DNA from: Paramoeba atlantica
Lineage: Eukaryota > Protista > Discosea
Length of the DNA stretch: 64,000 nt
Direction: 5' to 3'
Assembly (NCBI GenBank): GCA_977017575.1
Contig: CDRNVI010000043.1
Span: 558,001 to 622,000 of the forward strand
Shown here: piece by piece, positions 28,510-40,127 of the stretch
Numbering within the stretch: position 1 is the first letter of the stretch
Layout of the letters: each line of letters starts with the position of its first letter
Position numbers and translations under genes: made by a program
The notes under the pieces: model-generated
Seen by the model: the letters and a program-made list of their open reading frames with translations, nothing else
Databases searched by the model: none
Told to the model about the DNA's origin: nothing

Positions 28510-29250
28510 TCACTTCGCGGGTAGGTCACTAAGGTTCATAAGTATGTTGACCGCTTCCTGAAAAACTTCGTGGCTAATGCTCTCGAGCAAGCCGTCACTC
28601 AAAAGAATGTTTTGAAAATTTTCTGCTTTCGGGGGGGTTACGTGCACTTTGTCTAACTCTATCTCAATCTCGTAGATAAAAGAAGCTGAACCATCTTGTT
28701 TTATAGCTGTAGTTTCTGTAAGATCTAAGATCCACTTTTCTTTTTTGTATGAGTGGCGCACTTTTTTCCGTCTCATCATGTTCCCACAATTTTCTGGAAC
28801 AAAATTTGAAACTTCTTTCTCCTCGCAAATACTAAACCGAACATCAAACTTTGAAGTGGATGATTGTGCATCAATAATCGCTAATTTCCTTTTGTTGGTA
28901 TATCCTTTTGAACACTGAGATACGTGGTCATATGAACTTCTAATTCCATTTTCGTATACGGTGTCAGTTTGCAACGAAGTGCCAACGTGAAGCCAACAAG
29001 AAGCTATACGCTCCTTAAAATTCGTGAAAACACTTTTTGAAACCCCTGGAACAAAACGCCAACGATTCATGTCCCCATGACCTTGATACGAAATTTGCTT
29101 GCCAATCCGCAGTTCGATCTCGAGAGAAGCTTTAGAATCTATGGGGGTTTCAAAGTACCTTTTAATTGCATGGAAGATATGATTCGTTATCTTAGCATTA
29201 TCTCGCATTGGCAGCGGTCCGATTCGAGTGGGTGCTGAGTGCTCAGACAT
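28510..29250 (-). CDS. CET1: RNA 5'-triphosphatase (Cet1/CYTH triphosphate tunnel metalloenzyme)
   Basis: LEIELRIG (motif A), RKKVRHSY, ILDLT, YEIEIEL (motif C). Confidence 0.85.
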   Translation of the reverse strand: MSEHSAPTRIGPLPMRDNAKITNHIFHAIKRYFETPIDSKASLEIELRIGKQISYQGHGDMNRWRFVPGVSKSVFTNFKERIASCWLHVGTSLQTDTVYENGIRSSYDHVSQCSKGYTNKRKLAIIDAQSSTSKFDVRFSICEEKEVSNFVPENCGNMMRRKKVRHSYKKEKWILDLTETTAIKQDGSASFIYEIEIELDKVHVTPPKAENFQNILLSDGLLESISHEVFQEAVNILMNLSDLPAK

Positions 29251-29388
29251 TGTACAATAAGATTAGTAAATAAAAAAGTTTCACAGAACATAAACATCTT
29301 TGATCTTTTAATTTCACCCAGACGTAATAACATGACTATCCCGAATTTTGTCTCATGTATAAGGTAAGAAATTAGCGTGAATTATTTA

Positions 29389-30180
29389 CTACATGTATTT
29401 ATAATTGGGGTCAACCTTTATTCCCGTATGTATTGCGACTATTCCACCAGAAAGATTCGTGTACTTCACGTTAGAAAAACCGGATGAAGCTATTCTTGCA
29501 CTAAAAGCTTCCTGGCTCGGAAACATACGAATAGATTCGACCAAATATTGATAGCTATCCCAGTCGTCTGCAACTAATTTGCCCAATACGGGTATAGCTT
29601 GAAAGCTGTAGGCATCATATAGCGTGGATAACCCAGGGCACGTCACTTGGCTAAACTCCAAACAATGGAATGTTCCCCCATTCTTCAGTACACGATGTGC
29701 CTGAGCCAACGCTTTGTTGAGATCGGGTACATTTCTCATGCCAAAAGCGCATATGAAAGAGTCAAAAGAAGATTCATGAAATTGGTCCTCCAATCTTTCG
29801 GCGTTTGCTTCCCGAAACTTAAAATCAATATTGGAGCAAGGATGATACCCGCACTCCGTTGCTCTTCTCTCCGCCTCTTGAAGCATTGCCTTGTTTATGT
29901 CAGTAATGACCAACGTGCAATTTTTGGATCGCGCTCTGTGCCAACTTTTAAGAACTCGAAAAGACACATCTGCGGTACCCCCGGCTACCTCTATAATAGA
30001 GCTATTCGCGGTAGGACGAATGCACTTTTCTACAAAGTAGTTCTTCCACCATCGATGAAGAAATCCACTCATTAGATCATTCATAATATCATAGCGAGGC
30101 GCTACACCTTTAAACACCTTGTCGACTAGGGTTTGCTTAGTATCGACCGGTATTTTTCGGAATCCAAAATTCGTTGTCAT
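29389..30180 (-). CDS. COQ5: Ubiquinone biosynthesis C-methyltransferase (UbiE/Coq5)
   Basis: TNFGF...VF..VAPRYDIMNDLMSGFLHRWWK, EVAGGTAD, FGMRNV, CLEFS, YQYLVESIRMFP, GGIVAIHTG. Confidence 0.95.
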   Translation of the reverse strand: MTTNFGFRKIPVDTKQTLVDKVFKGVAPRYDIMNDLMSGFLHRWWKNYFVEKCIRPTANSSIIEVAGGTADVSFRVLKSWHRARSKNCTLVITDINKAMLQEAERRATECGYHPCSNIDFKFREANAERLEDQFHESSFDSFICAFGMRNVPDLNKALAQAHRVLKNGGTFHCLEFSQVTCPGLSTLYDAYSFQAIPVLGKLVADDWDSYQYLVESIRMFPSQEAFSARIASSGFSNVKYTNLSGGIVAIHTGIKVDPNYKYM

Positions 30181-30398
30181 GTCCGAGGTGGTAGACTTTA
30201 GGTATCGTAGGGTTACTAAATGCTAAATGCACGGATTCCGTAAAAAAGAATAGACGGGATATACGAGTGCATGTAAAAAATAGCTCTTTGGCAATCGCAT
30301 AGAAAGCAAAGTAGAATTAGAATATATTTTATAAACACATAGTTTTCTTTAGGCAAGGATCTCCCATACAAATATCATGTTTAGTACTTTTCTATGAG

Positions 30399-31322
30399 CT
30401 ACGTTCCGTTCAAGTGGCTTTCTATTACTTCGTTCGTAGGCCACACACGCACCATGCCGTCTTCCGAGCCTGACGCGTAGGTATCACCTACCGGGGAGTA
30501 CCGTATGTGAAACACAGGACCATGATGTCCTCTGTGAGAGCGCAGTTCTGTCCCATCCAATCGGCATTCTTTTACCTTCAACCCGGTACCCATCACCACA
30601 TGCTTTCCCCCGGGCGAGAGACTCGCGCACTCCACATCCTCACCACTAGTAATTCGATGTGTCTCAGACAACGTTCGTGGATCAAGCAACGTCACCCCCT
30701 GCTTATGCGCCCCCAACACCACCGGCTGGTACATCTCCACATACTCCACCCCGTTTAGGTCCCCGATTTTTGTCTCATGAACAGATGTTTTCGGACTCCG
30801 TAGATCCCACACCCGCAGCGTCTCCTCACACGCGGTCAACACCCATTGACTCTCCACCACATACACCGCCTTAATCACGGAGCCATGTGCCCTAAACACA
30901 CACCCCGGGTCCCCTCCCCCATGCTCCGGGTCATACACCCGCACATTCCCATCAAAACACCCGGTGACTACCTTATCACGCCTCCAGTCACAGCATTTTA
31001 CATAATGCGGGTGGGTCCACGTCGTCAGACACGCCCCACTCAGCGCGTTCCACACTTTTGCGGTGTAATCCCCCGAGGCGGTGACCACCCGCCTGGCCTC
31101 GGCATCGATCGCGCTGCCGTAGACCGCCCCGCGGTGACCCACGAAGGTCCCGACCCAGTTGCCCGTCTCCCCGTTCCGTAGCATCGGCTTGCCGTCGTGG
31201 GAGGAGGTGACGAACCAGTAGGAGTCGTCACGGCGCTCACTGTAGGCGATGTGACACACGGGGCGTGTGTGGCCGGGACAGACTTTGACAGGGGGGAGGG
31301 GGGATTTGTCCGGGGGGGTCAT
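30399..31322 (-). CDS. STRAP: WD40 protein STRAP/UNRIP
   Basis: CPGHTRPV...DGKPMLRNGETGNWVGTFVGHRGAV, GHHGPVFHIRYSPVGDTYASGSEDG. Confidence 0.9.
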   Translation of the reverse strand: MTPPDKSPLPPVKVCPGHTRPVCHIAYSERRDDSYWFVTSSHDGKPMLRNGETGNWVGTFVGHRGAVYGSAIDAEARRVVTASGDYTAKVWNALSGACLTTWTHPHYVKCCDWRRDKVVTGCFDGNVRVYDPEHGGGDPGCVFRAHGSVIKAVYVVESQWVLTACEETLRVWDLRSPKTSVHETKIGDLNGVEYVEMYQPVVLGAHKQGVTLLDPRTLSETHRITSGEDVECASLSPGGKHVVMGTGLKVKECRLDGTELRSHRGHHGPVFHIRYSPVGDTYASGSEDGMVRVWPTNEVIESHLNGT

Positions 31323-31643
31323 GGGGGGGGAGGGAGGGGGTTGTGGTGATAGGAGAAAGTGGGATAAAGTGGTTTTAGGGAAGGGTGGGATTTCTCCACG
31401 ATTTATACAGTGTTGGAGTGTACGGAAGGAGTTATACGCTGGAGTAGTACTGTAGTATTGTAATTGATTGATTTAGCATTTACGTGCATCTACTTATTTA
31501 TTACATTCTTATCTTATTACAAGATTTGTATTTTTCATTTATCTGTGATGGATGTATGATCATGATAAAAAAGGCATATAAAATAGGGGAATCATTGAGC
31601 CCAATAATAATACATGTATAATTTACTGGATTAAATTCCTCGT

Positions 31644-34600
31644 CTAAGACATATCCTCCATGATGACTTCGAGTGCACTCCTTGGGAAGTGTGCGCCTGA
31701 CTTTTCTGTCCACATTTTCTCCTCTGATGTTCGTTGAATATCTTTCATATCGTTGGGTTCATTGCGCACACGCAAGCTGCTTATGGCACTAGAAATACAC
31801 TCGTGCAGTACATCGGATCTCGTGGTTCGCTTAACGTACGACGTCACTGCTTTTCGAAGTGTTTGCCGTTCTGATTCCTTATCGTGCTGTTTGAGCCTCA
31901 GAACTTTTCCAGCAACTCGGATGGCCAACGCCTCATCAAGAGGAGCACTACACGTAGAATTCAGGACATCCAGACTGTGCCGAAGCGCACGATCATAGAG
32001 GTTGACCTCTGTGCTTTCTGTTATTGATAAATAGCCGTCTAACACAGCCAATTGTAGGCAAACAGGATGTGAATCATATTGTAGCTCAATCAAATTCAAA
32101 GTGTCGTTATTTTTTTCCATATATGCCATAAGAATTCCGCGCAAAATAGCTATTGAGCAATCATCAGCAAAGGAATTTTGCGAGAAATGGAGTGCGGATG
32201 TATTTTCCACAATCTGACTTAAGACGTTGGCACTCACTTTGGAGCAATCGGTTCGCAGCATCATGGATATCGCGCGCACTGTAGTTAGGGAACAAGTACC
32301 ATCTAATTGTCCGCCTTGCAATATCAAACGAATGTAAGAGCTGATGTCACTACCTTTGAACTGGTAATTACAAAGCGCGTATACATATTCCAGGTACGCC
32401 ATGCGAAGCGGTTTGTCTCTATTTCGTAGCACTTTGCTAGAAAAAGCTCCCAGAACGGAAAGAATAGTAGGTCGAAACGTATTGAAATGAACTCGCGTCG
32501 CTAAAAAGGTAAAAATCTTGATAAACGATTTTATTGACAAAAAATCCGAGGACTGTAAACCGAAACGGAGAATGCGACCGGCGATATGTGCATTGTACTT
32601 GTCAAGTACTCCATCTTTTAGGAGTTCGAGAAGACTACACAGATTATCGGTCGCGACGTTAACGTTCTCAGAGATGGTCGGCTGTATAATCGCACTTAAG
32701 TAAAATGTCAATATTGGATACAGTCCTTCTTCCAGTTCAAGTCCAGGTATGGAATTACTGTGTAACAAGGCAGCTTGTCTCATGGATTGTATGCAGCCAT
32801 CTAATGCAGGAAAAAAATCGGCAATAGCCCTGGCACCATTGCCTACTGCTTTACTATCGTCAGCGTCCGCACATCGTTGTATGACCCGAAGTATGGTCCA
32901 TAAGAATTTTTTTGTAGACTTGAGAACGCCGTTATTCTCACTATCATAGTGCGGGACAACGCGATGAATATTCGAAGTTATAAAACTCTTCCAAGGCCAA
33001 TCACTTTTCAGTGCGCAAGTAAAGGCAGTTATCAAATTAATCTGGGCTGCAATCTCTTTTTGACGTGAATGACTTCTTGTTATAATTGGGCTTACAACGT
33101 CGAGACTCTCAGGGCCAATGTCCACACATATCTTCTCCAGTAGATCCGTAAATGGGAGAACACCGCTTTTCTCAGACAACAGAACTCGAAATGTGAGATC
33201 GACAAACTCATTCAAAATTTCTTCACTATCTTCCATCGTCCTGGCTAAGTACGCGGCGTGTAACACTTTAACATCGCATTTCGCCAAATTCTCTTCAGAT
33301 TCTACAATATAAGCAAAAGCTCGTATTAAGGCGCCCCATACCATTCTTGGTCTATCTTCGGCTAGAAAATTAATCAGAAGTACGCAGGTATCTATGTGAG
33401 TTGAAGTGAAACACAAAACTTGTTTTGCTGATTTCGCCAAAAATAAGGCTCCGTTCGAGGAGCAGGCTGCTTCCCACAATAGTTTCATTGGTGACCTCAG
33501 CTCTGGTTTGTCAATATACTTCAGTGAAATGTGAACGAGGGATTCTGGTATCCCATTTTGCGACTGCCAATTCGAGTAACGCAAAATGCAAGCCATTCCA
33601 ATGATTATGTTCCCAATGGAATCTATTTTCGGATTTGTTAATGAACTTTTTTCAAACAGAAAATACACTTTGTCAAGTAATTTGCTCTCGAGATCCTTGA
33701 GATGCGAAACTGCTCGCTCCATTGTCGCGTGATTGATATCTTCTCCTGAGATTGACAACATTAGTAGATACTCTCCTACTGTCTCCCCAAATTTCAAGTA
33801 ATCACTTAATCCGTCCGAGAACAATTTCCACAATACATTAGATCGCGTCCTTGTACCTAAGCACTCGCTGGAGCGCAGTACAAAAAGCGCCGCAAGCAAT
33901 GATTTGTACGATTCACCGAATGCCGATGCGCTCATTTCCTGAAGTTCTTTGATCTCGCATGCTGCAGTCGGAAATTTGTCAACTTTATCGGATGAATCAG
34001 ATGCCAACAAGGGTGCAGCTACACCTTTTGTTGAGAAGCTCATTAAAATCGTGTAAATCAGTTGAACACATACGCTTCTGACTTCTTCCAGTGGAGACCA
34101 TAATCCTGCACTAAGTATACCCAAAGTTTGCGAACTTTTCTCGTAACTCAATGATTTCACTATCGTTGTTGCGGCCTCCACAGCAGCCAGGCGTACCTGG
34201 CGATCTTCATCGGTAACACATTGAAGGATTCTGGGAACGAAATGGGGACTGATCTTACTTGACTTTTCTTCCAAGCTCGCAAAACTTTGTCCCAAAAACA
34301 GTACAAAACCTTCACGAATGGCAGGATGAACACTTTTTAGTCCAGAGTCAATGCGGGAAAGAAAGGAGTTGTCTGTTAAAGCAGCTTCGCTGATACCGCA
34401 CGCCAGGGTACGAGCACAGGCTGCGCGAGTTTGAAAATCAACAGCTGAGTCAGAAAGTTTCTGCAAATACGACGATAGAATCTGATCCAATTCACCGGTG
34501 CTCATAGCAAGGGCGATTAAAGCGCGAGAACCCGTAATTCGTGTTTCGAAATCAGGATCGCAAGCCACTTTCCATAATGCATCATGGAGTGCGGATTTAT

Positions 34601-37600
34601 ATGGCTCTATTGAATGAACACCCTGAACTAAGTGCAGTAGGACAGAACTAATACGAGCAGACTTCATCTTCGTAGTCGAGTTCGAAGCCCGTAGTCCCTT
34701 AAGTAGCACAGGAACTAGAAGAGCCAACGACGCCGATCCAAGAACTTTCTGAAAATTTATAGAAAAAATGATATCCAGAGCGTCATCCAGGCCTTTTGAA
34801 GGGGTTTTTAAAGGAGCTAAAAGTACGTCAATTTGTGAGCGAATTTCTTCGTTTGCTAAACTGCCGACTCGACGAAGAGCTGATAAAGCTCCCTGTGATA
34901 CTTTCTCATGAGTTTCACATAGGAGTTCAATTAGAAATGGTGCTAACGAAGAGATTGCTTTTTCGACATTTGTCGACCGCTGCACAAGTAGATATTCAAT
35001 CATATCTATCAAATGTAGTCGAACGCGCCAGTCGGCTGCGGAAAGGCATTTTCCAATAATCGGAGTCATTTGTGACACCCCAATACTACTCATATGTGCT
35101 GCCAAAGTGCGAAACGTACTGTTTGAATGATGAAAATTAACATCTGAGCTGCTGCGAATAAGTAACTCAAACGTTGAAAGCACAAAAGGTTCGACCAAGC
35201 GTCCAAAGGTCAGAACAAGGGCTGTAAGTAGCTCGTGGACTGCAATCTTGGCACTGACAGACTCGGACCGCAAATTTTCTTCCATATCGGAGAAAACGAT
35301 TTTGAGTAATGGGTGTTGTAATCCGACACCCTTAATTACTGAGGCAACTATGAATGAATGTGCTTGTCTCTTGTTATGATGCTCACTTTTTTTAATATTG
35401 AACAGCGCCTTATAGCTCTTCTGAAAAATTGTTTCGTAAAAATCTTTCTGAGTCGCATACTTTTTGCATAGCATCGAGATAATTTGCGAAGCAGAATTAT
35501 GGTAATCAATGCAGGAGAACTGCTCGACAAAGTTCGTTAATTTTTCAACGGATTGCATTATAATGGACGTGTCATCTAGGGCACGAAGCCCCGTACCATA
35601 ATGATGCATGATGGCCAAACCCTTGTGTTTGACAAGATCATCCCCAAGAAAATCATTTTTGATTTTCATGCGCCATATCGGATGTTCGTTCAATATTCCT
35701 ACTAATTTCATGGCAGATTCTTCCTGCATAGAACCAAATAATTTAGTCCCACATAGTAAACTCTTTTGAAAGTAGTCCAACGATGTGAGAATTGAATCAA
35801 TGAGAAGAATGTCTATCAATTTGGTGATATTGCCGCAGTTCAAGCCGATGCTCACTTCAAATTGCATCGCTGACAAGGCAACGAGAGCTCCATCTACAAG
35901 ACAGGGGGATTCAACATCGGATCGAAGCACTTGAATCATCAAAGATAAAACATTAGATGAAGCGATGTCCCGAGCTTGCAAATCTCCCAGCGTACGGCCT
36001 GCTGCCGTACATAACCCAGGATTTTTAAGTTGATCACACAAGAAAGGAACATCACTGGCATTCAACTGCGAGTGCATCTTCTGACCAATGCTCCTGGCAG
36101 TAGAGGAAACTGAGTCACACTCGTCATGAGCAAGAACGTGTATTATTCGTTGCGCATCACCGTTAAAAATTTCTGGGTTGAGAGTTGACATGGATGCGCA
36201 CGCAAGTTCTCGAATTTTTGAGTTTGAGTGAGAAAGGTAAGGAACAACAATATTCTCGTTTCTTTGGGCATTGATCTTAAACCCTTCAACAAGGGTTTTG
36301 GCAGCTGCTTCCTTCAGAAGATCCCTTGTATCAATAATATAGCATAACAAGGATATCAGGTCACAATCATTTGCAGAATCCCACAATGAATCAGTCATAT
36401 TGATTATTGAGAGCGCAGCATGTTCAGTTGGGAAGCTAAATTTCTTCGAACTTGAGTTCCTATTTACATGATTGTAAAACCAACGCACGATAGAAATATA
36501 GTCCTCATTAGAGTTCAAGGCACCTTGTGCATCACGTAGAAGAAAGCTTGCTTCACTGGGCAAACATCTAAACACGAATCTCACAATCCGGATAAAAACT
36601 TTTAGTTCAACTTGGTTGAGTCGTGAGTTCGCTAAGCGTCGGAGAACATAATCGGTAAACAGCATATCATTATCGTACGTGACGCGAGAGGGCTCGAAAC
36701 ACCCAACAAAAATTCGAACGAATAATCGTGCAACCTCACGGGCTGACGATGATGCATGTTTTCCAAAACGAAGCAAAAGAATTTCCACAGTTTTGTTAAG
36801 TTGGTGAATTATTGAAGAAATGAAAATAGAAGGATATTTCAGCAAGCTCAGTGTTGAATCAATAAATCGGTTACCTATCTGACGATCCCTGTCCATCTGC
36901 CTGTCGCAGAAGTGGGTAGCGAATGCTATAAGTTGCAAAAATATACGTACCGGATGATAAATTGCCGAAGAATTGATTGACCTACCTTTCTCCAAAATGA
37001 GGGACCGTAAATCTTTTTCACGATTTTCTGTTTGATCTCCTGATTTTTCTGTATTATTCGGAGTGTCTTTCGTATCATGGCAAAAAAGTTCTTTCGGCAG
37101 CAGTCTCATATTCTTAGACAAATATGACACGAATTCGCTTCGGAGTAGCGCGTCCTCAGATGCAACTGAAAATATGAGATCTAATGGAGACATGTGTTTG
37201 GAAATTCCTCGCAGATATCCGTCTAACGCTAAACTGGCATCTTCAATCTGTGCGTAAACCTCTTCAACGGGAAGGAAGCAAAGAAAAATTCCGAATGATG
37301 AGCTCATTACTTTAAGGGATAGAGGTCCGAAATTATGCGAGGACAATAGAAATTCGTGCATGAACTTCGATATCGATGTTCGATGAAGTGAAAAAGTTGG
37401 AATAGTCTTCGCAAGAGGTGGAACTTCTTTTCTGATACATGATACCAGATTTTTGACTTCGCTGGCGCTCTGCTCTGTATAATCGGAAGTGGAATTCCTC
37501 ATCGCACTTAACACAGTGAGTATTATCAACTCTAGTAGGATGTAGTCGATTCCGTTAGACTGGGAAGTTTTGGCAAAAAAGCGGATCAGGATTTCCCACG

Positions 37601-39677
37601 CTGTTTTTCGGAGCGAATATGCGAATTTTGTTCTTGGCTTTTCATCTCGTCGTTGCGTCATTGAATCCCAAAAGTCGGAAGATTCCCACAAAGGCAAACG
37701 AGCGGTCGTTTTGCCTTGTTTTCCTTCTGTTTTATAATTTTCCTTTTCAGACACAGTGCATACTTTCTGCTCTGTAAGTGTCTTCGCTAAAACATCCCAA
37801 AGTAATATCACGTTGGGAACGCTTTCGATATACTGCCACGCGTGCACAAGAACACTGCAGGCCTTCTTTTGGACCTCAATTTCACTACGAACTGTGCACT
37901 GGCAGATGAATTCAAGAAGGATAACCAACTCAGCCCGTGTAATACTTTTGTTGAACAACTGAAAGATATGTTCAATAACACCAAGAAGAGCTACTGATGC
38001 TAGTGAGGATGTCATTACCCGAGAGAGCACTTGTTGTCCTAGTAATTTCGTGAAAGGAATCTCACCCCAGGAGGAGTCTCTCCATATGATTTCAATCGGA
38101 ATACTGGTACTCTTCTTTTCGGTTGGAATATTAACGTCAGCCCACTTTATTAATTCAAGACTTAAAGCCGCTATTACTAAGCATTGTGGTTTCAATGCGC
38201 ACTTCTTCCACAATGCTTTGCAGCACTCATGAACGTCCTTCGTATTTAACTCCATTCTCGCAGCGGCGCATATGATCACTGTCATAAACTCCACGTACTC
38301 CGAACCAATGTCGGCAGGCAGATTCTGGACCTCCTTTTTGAATACATGCATAATGAATGCAGCATCGGAATAAAGAGTGGAAACAATTCGCATACCAAGG
38401 ATTCGAATGCTCAGAGGCCCAGTAGTGCTTATCCTCCTCAATGATTCAGGCAGGGGAATAGGTAATGGTTGAAGCTTGGAAGACTTCAGACGTTCACAGT
38501 CATACATAGCGGAGACAATCATTTGTAGTGTGCCTTTCTGTCTGTTACTAACTGCACTATCTATAATATCGAACATTGGCGTTAAAATTAGCTCGAATCC
38601 AGGAAAGTGAACAGCTTTGTGTACTAAAATTTGCATCAAACCTCTTGCAAATAAATTGGGGACCTCCCGCATCACGCATGCCAATAAATTTTTCAATAAT
38701 CCGTTTAAAATGTGCAAAGGCAGCCATTCCAATATTTTGAACGGGATAGCCAGAAGAACGTCGTTGCCGGGCAATGTGGTCAACTGCTCAGTTTTTCGAA
38801 GCAAAGGCAAAAAACATTTGTTCACTATGTTGGTCAAGTCCGGGTCGTTTACGCTCGTAGCAATATCGACCTTAGCTCCGGAGGACCATTTTTGAATTCC
38901 CAAAACATGTAACGTAATGTTCGCGTGTTCTGAAACAGGTCTTACAGCCCACAGAAATGACACTGTCGAATCCAAAAGCATGTTCTCTATCATCTCGACA
39001 TTGGACCACTGCGAACAAAATACGTGACTCTGCAGTTTTGTACGACCCTTTGCAGCACTTACAATTCTATAGAAAACCTGTGTATCCACGCGTGCAAGAT
39101 AGGCCACATGCTCTTCTATGCTACTGCTGAGATCACTCGTTACGGATTGCTCCAACTTCGCAAAGCAGAGCCAATCGAACAACATTCTGTAAAATTGGAG
39201 CAATGCTCTTCTATGCGATTGGTACCGAAGATCAAAAGTCGTGTTCTTGTACCACTCATGAGCCATTGTCACGTCTATAAGTAAGTCATCGGAAATTTCC
39301 AGATAATTGGAAAATATGCTGACCTGGCGCAGCAAATCGCTTAATAGGCAGTAGTTGCGCGGAGATTTTAGTTCTTCACCAGAAGTTAGCGTACAAAGGG
39401 CCAAATCACTGTCCATACATGCCAAAGTAGTTTCCGTTGCAAAGTGTATGGGGCTGTGTAGACACAGACGCACAATAGATTTTGTCACACATTTGGCGCA
39501 TTCTGCAAACTCTCCTGTGCATGTAGGTTTGTGCACCCCCCGACAGGTTTTATTGTAGCGCTTCAGCAAGCCGATAATTTCGATACAATTTTGTTCAAGA
39601 TGACCTTCATTATGTGAATTAATCAGGTCATTCCACTTTGCTTCGAGGTCCCACTTTTCAGACTCCTTAAAATCCAT
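31644..39677 (-). CDS. GCN1: GCN1-like HEAT-repeat translational activator (2677 aa)
   Basis: Size, and central motifs TFGRLVEPFV, DWRVR, ETHEKVSQGALSALRRVGSL, SLALLVPVLLKGL, CDPDFETR match GCN1. Confidence 0.8.
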   Translation of the reverse strand: MDFKESEKWDLEAKWNDLINSHNEGHLEQNCIEIIGLLKRYNKTCRGVHKPTCTGEFAECAKCVTKSIVRLCLHSPIHFATETTLACMDSDLALCTLTSGEELKSPRNYCLLSDLLRQVSIFSNYLEISDDLLIDVTMAHEWYKNTTFDLRYQSHRRALLQFYRMLFDWLCFAKLEQSVTSDLSSSIEEHVAYLARVDTQVFYRIVSAAKGRTKLQSHVFCSQWSNVEMIENMLLDSTVSFLWAVRPVSEHANITLHVLGIQKWSSGAKVDIATSVNDPDLTNIVNKCFLPLLRKTEQLTTLPGNDVLLAIPFKILEWLPLHILNGLLKNLLACVMREVPNLFARGLMQILVHKAVHFPGFELILTPMFDIIDSAVSNRQKGTLQMIVSAMYDCERLKSSKLQPLPIPLPESLRRISTTGPLSIRILGMRIVSTLYSDAAFIMHVFKKEVQNLPADIGSEYVEFMTVIICAAARMELNTKDVHECCKALWKKCALKPQCLVIAALSLELIKWADVNIPTEKKSTSIPIEIIWRDSSWGEIPFTKLLGQQVLSRVMTSSLASVALLGVIEHIFQLFNKSITRAELVILLEFICQCTVRSEIEVQKKACSVLVHAWQYIESVPNVILLWDVLAKTLTEQKVCTVSEKENYKTEGKQGKTTARLPLWESSDFWDSMTQRRDEKPRTKFAYSLRKTAWEILIRFFAKTSQSNGIDYILLELIILTVLSAMRNSTSDYTEQSASEVKNLVSCIRKEVPPLAKTIPTFSLHRTSISKFMHEFLLSSHNFGPLSLKVMSSSFGIFLCFLPVEEVYAQIEDASLALDGYLRGISKHMSPLDLIFSVASEDALLRSEFVSYLSKNMRLLPKELFCHDTKDTPNNTEKSGDQTENREKDLRSLILEKGRSINSSAIYHPVRIFLQLIAFATHFCDRQMDRDRQIGNRFIDSTLSLLKYPSIFISSIIHQLNKTVEILLLRFGKHASSSAREVARLFVRIFVGCFEPSRVTYDNDMLFTDYVLRRLANSRLNQVELKVFIRIVRFVFRCLPSEASFLLRDAQGALNSNEDYISIVRWFYNHVNRNSSSKKFSFPTEHAALSIINMTDSLWDSANDCDLISLLCYIIDTRDLLKEAAAKTLVEGFKINAQRNENIVVPYLSHSNSKIRELACASMSTLNPEIFNGDAQRIIHVLAHDECDSVSSTARSIGQKMHSQLNASDVPFLCDQLKNPGLCTAAGRTLGDLQARDIASSNVLSLMIQVLRSDVESPCLVDGALVALSAMQFEVSIGLNCGNITKLIDILLIDSILTSLDYFQKSLLCGTKLFGSMQEESAMKLVGILNEHPIWRMKIKNDFLGDDLVKHKGLAIMHHYGTGLRALDDTSIIMQSVEKLTNFVEQFSCIDYHNSASQIISMLCKKYATQKDFYETIFQKSYKALFNIKKSEHHNKRQAHSFIVASVIKGVGLQHPLLKIVFSDMEENLRSESVSAKIAVHELLTALVLTFGRLVEPFVLSTFELLIRSSSDVNFHHSNSTFRTLAAHMSSIGVSQMTPIIGKCLSAADWRVRLHLIDMIEYLLVQRSTNVEKAISSLAPFLIELLCETHEKVSQGALSALRRVGSLANEEIRSQIDVLLAPLKTPSKGLDDALDIIFSINFQKVLGSASLALLVPVLLKGLRASNSTTKMKSARISSVLLHLVQGVHSIEPYKSALHDALWKVACDPDFETRITGSRALIALAMSTGELDQILSSYLQKLSDSAVDFQTRAACARTLACGISEAALTDNSFLSRIDSGLKSVHPAIREGFVLFLGQSFASLEEKSSKISPHFVPRILQCVTDEDRQVRLAAVEAATTIVKSLSYEKSSQTLGILSAGLWSPLEEVRSVCVQLIYTILMSFSTKGVAAPLLASDSSDKVDKFPTAACEIKELQEMSASAFGESYKSLLAALFVLRSSECLGTRTRSNVLWKLFSDGLSDYLKFGETVGEYLLMLSISGEDINHATMERAVSHLKDLESKLLDKVYFLFEKSSLTNPKIDSIGNIIIGMACILRYSNWQSQNGIPESLVHISLKYIDKPELRSPMKLLWEAACSSNGALFLAKSAKQVLCFTSTHIDTCVLLINFLAEDRPRMVWGALIRAFAYIVESEENLAKCDVKVLHAAYLARTMEDSEEILNEFVDLTFRVLLSEKSGVLPFTDLLEKICVDIGPESLDVVSPIITRSHSRQKEIAAQINLITAFTCALKSDWPWKSFITSNIHRVVPHYDSENNGVLKSTKKFLWTILRVIQRCADADDSKAVGNGARAIADFFPALDGCIQSMRQAALLHSNSIPGLELEEGLYPILTFYLSAIIQPTISENVNVATDNLCSLLELLKDGVLDKYNAHIAGRILRFGLQSSDFLSIKSFIKIFTFLATRVHFNTFRPTILSVLGAFSSKVLRNRDKPLRMAYLEYVYALCNYQFKGSDISSYIRLILQGGQLDGTCSLTTVRAISMMLRTDCSKVSANVLSQIVENTSALHFSQNSFADDCSIAILRGILMAYMEKNNDTLNLIELQYDSHPVCLQLAVLDGYLSITESTEVNLYDRALRHSLDVLNSTCSAPLDEALAIRVAGKVLRLKQHDKESERQTLRKAVTSYVKRTTRSDVLHECISSAISSLRVRNEPNDMKDIQRTSEEKMWTEKSGAHFPRSALEVIMEDMS

Positions 39678-39826
39678 TGGAAATTAAAGTTGACAAAACC
39701 AATCGAGTGAAATAATCGAGAGAAAAGTGAAGTAAATTTACATGAAAGACATTTTTAAGGACGTGTAGTAAAAAATCCAACTTTTTCACCCAAAAAAATA
39801 GATTATTCATGGTCCTTCGGCCATTT

Positions 39827-39932
39827 TTCTTTTTTAGGCTCTTCGTTAAACGCGGCAGTAGTTTTCAACGCGAAGCGCGCAGCATGAGTGACTTCTAAGT
39901 TGAAAACAACCACCGCGTTTAACGAAGAGCCT
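39827..39932. mobile_element. MITE family L copy 2
   Basis: Near-identical to 2452-2557; perfect 20-bp terminal inverted pair AGGCTCTTCGTTAAACGCGG / CCGCGTTTAACGAAGAGCCT. Confidence 0.85.
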
Positions 39933-40127
39933 GATATCATAATTAATAAAAGTTGCTCTCCAACAAGCCCAGAGACATGTGAACTCCTATCGCCCACAGA
40001 CCTTCCTTAAGTGTATTCCAAAAAATTTACTTTCAGCTAGCGATACGAAGAGGGTGGGAAATAGAGTAGATCAAATGCATAGTATCTTAGAAAAAAAATC
40101 GGACTACGTTCCATAGAATCACTTTAT

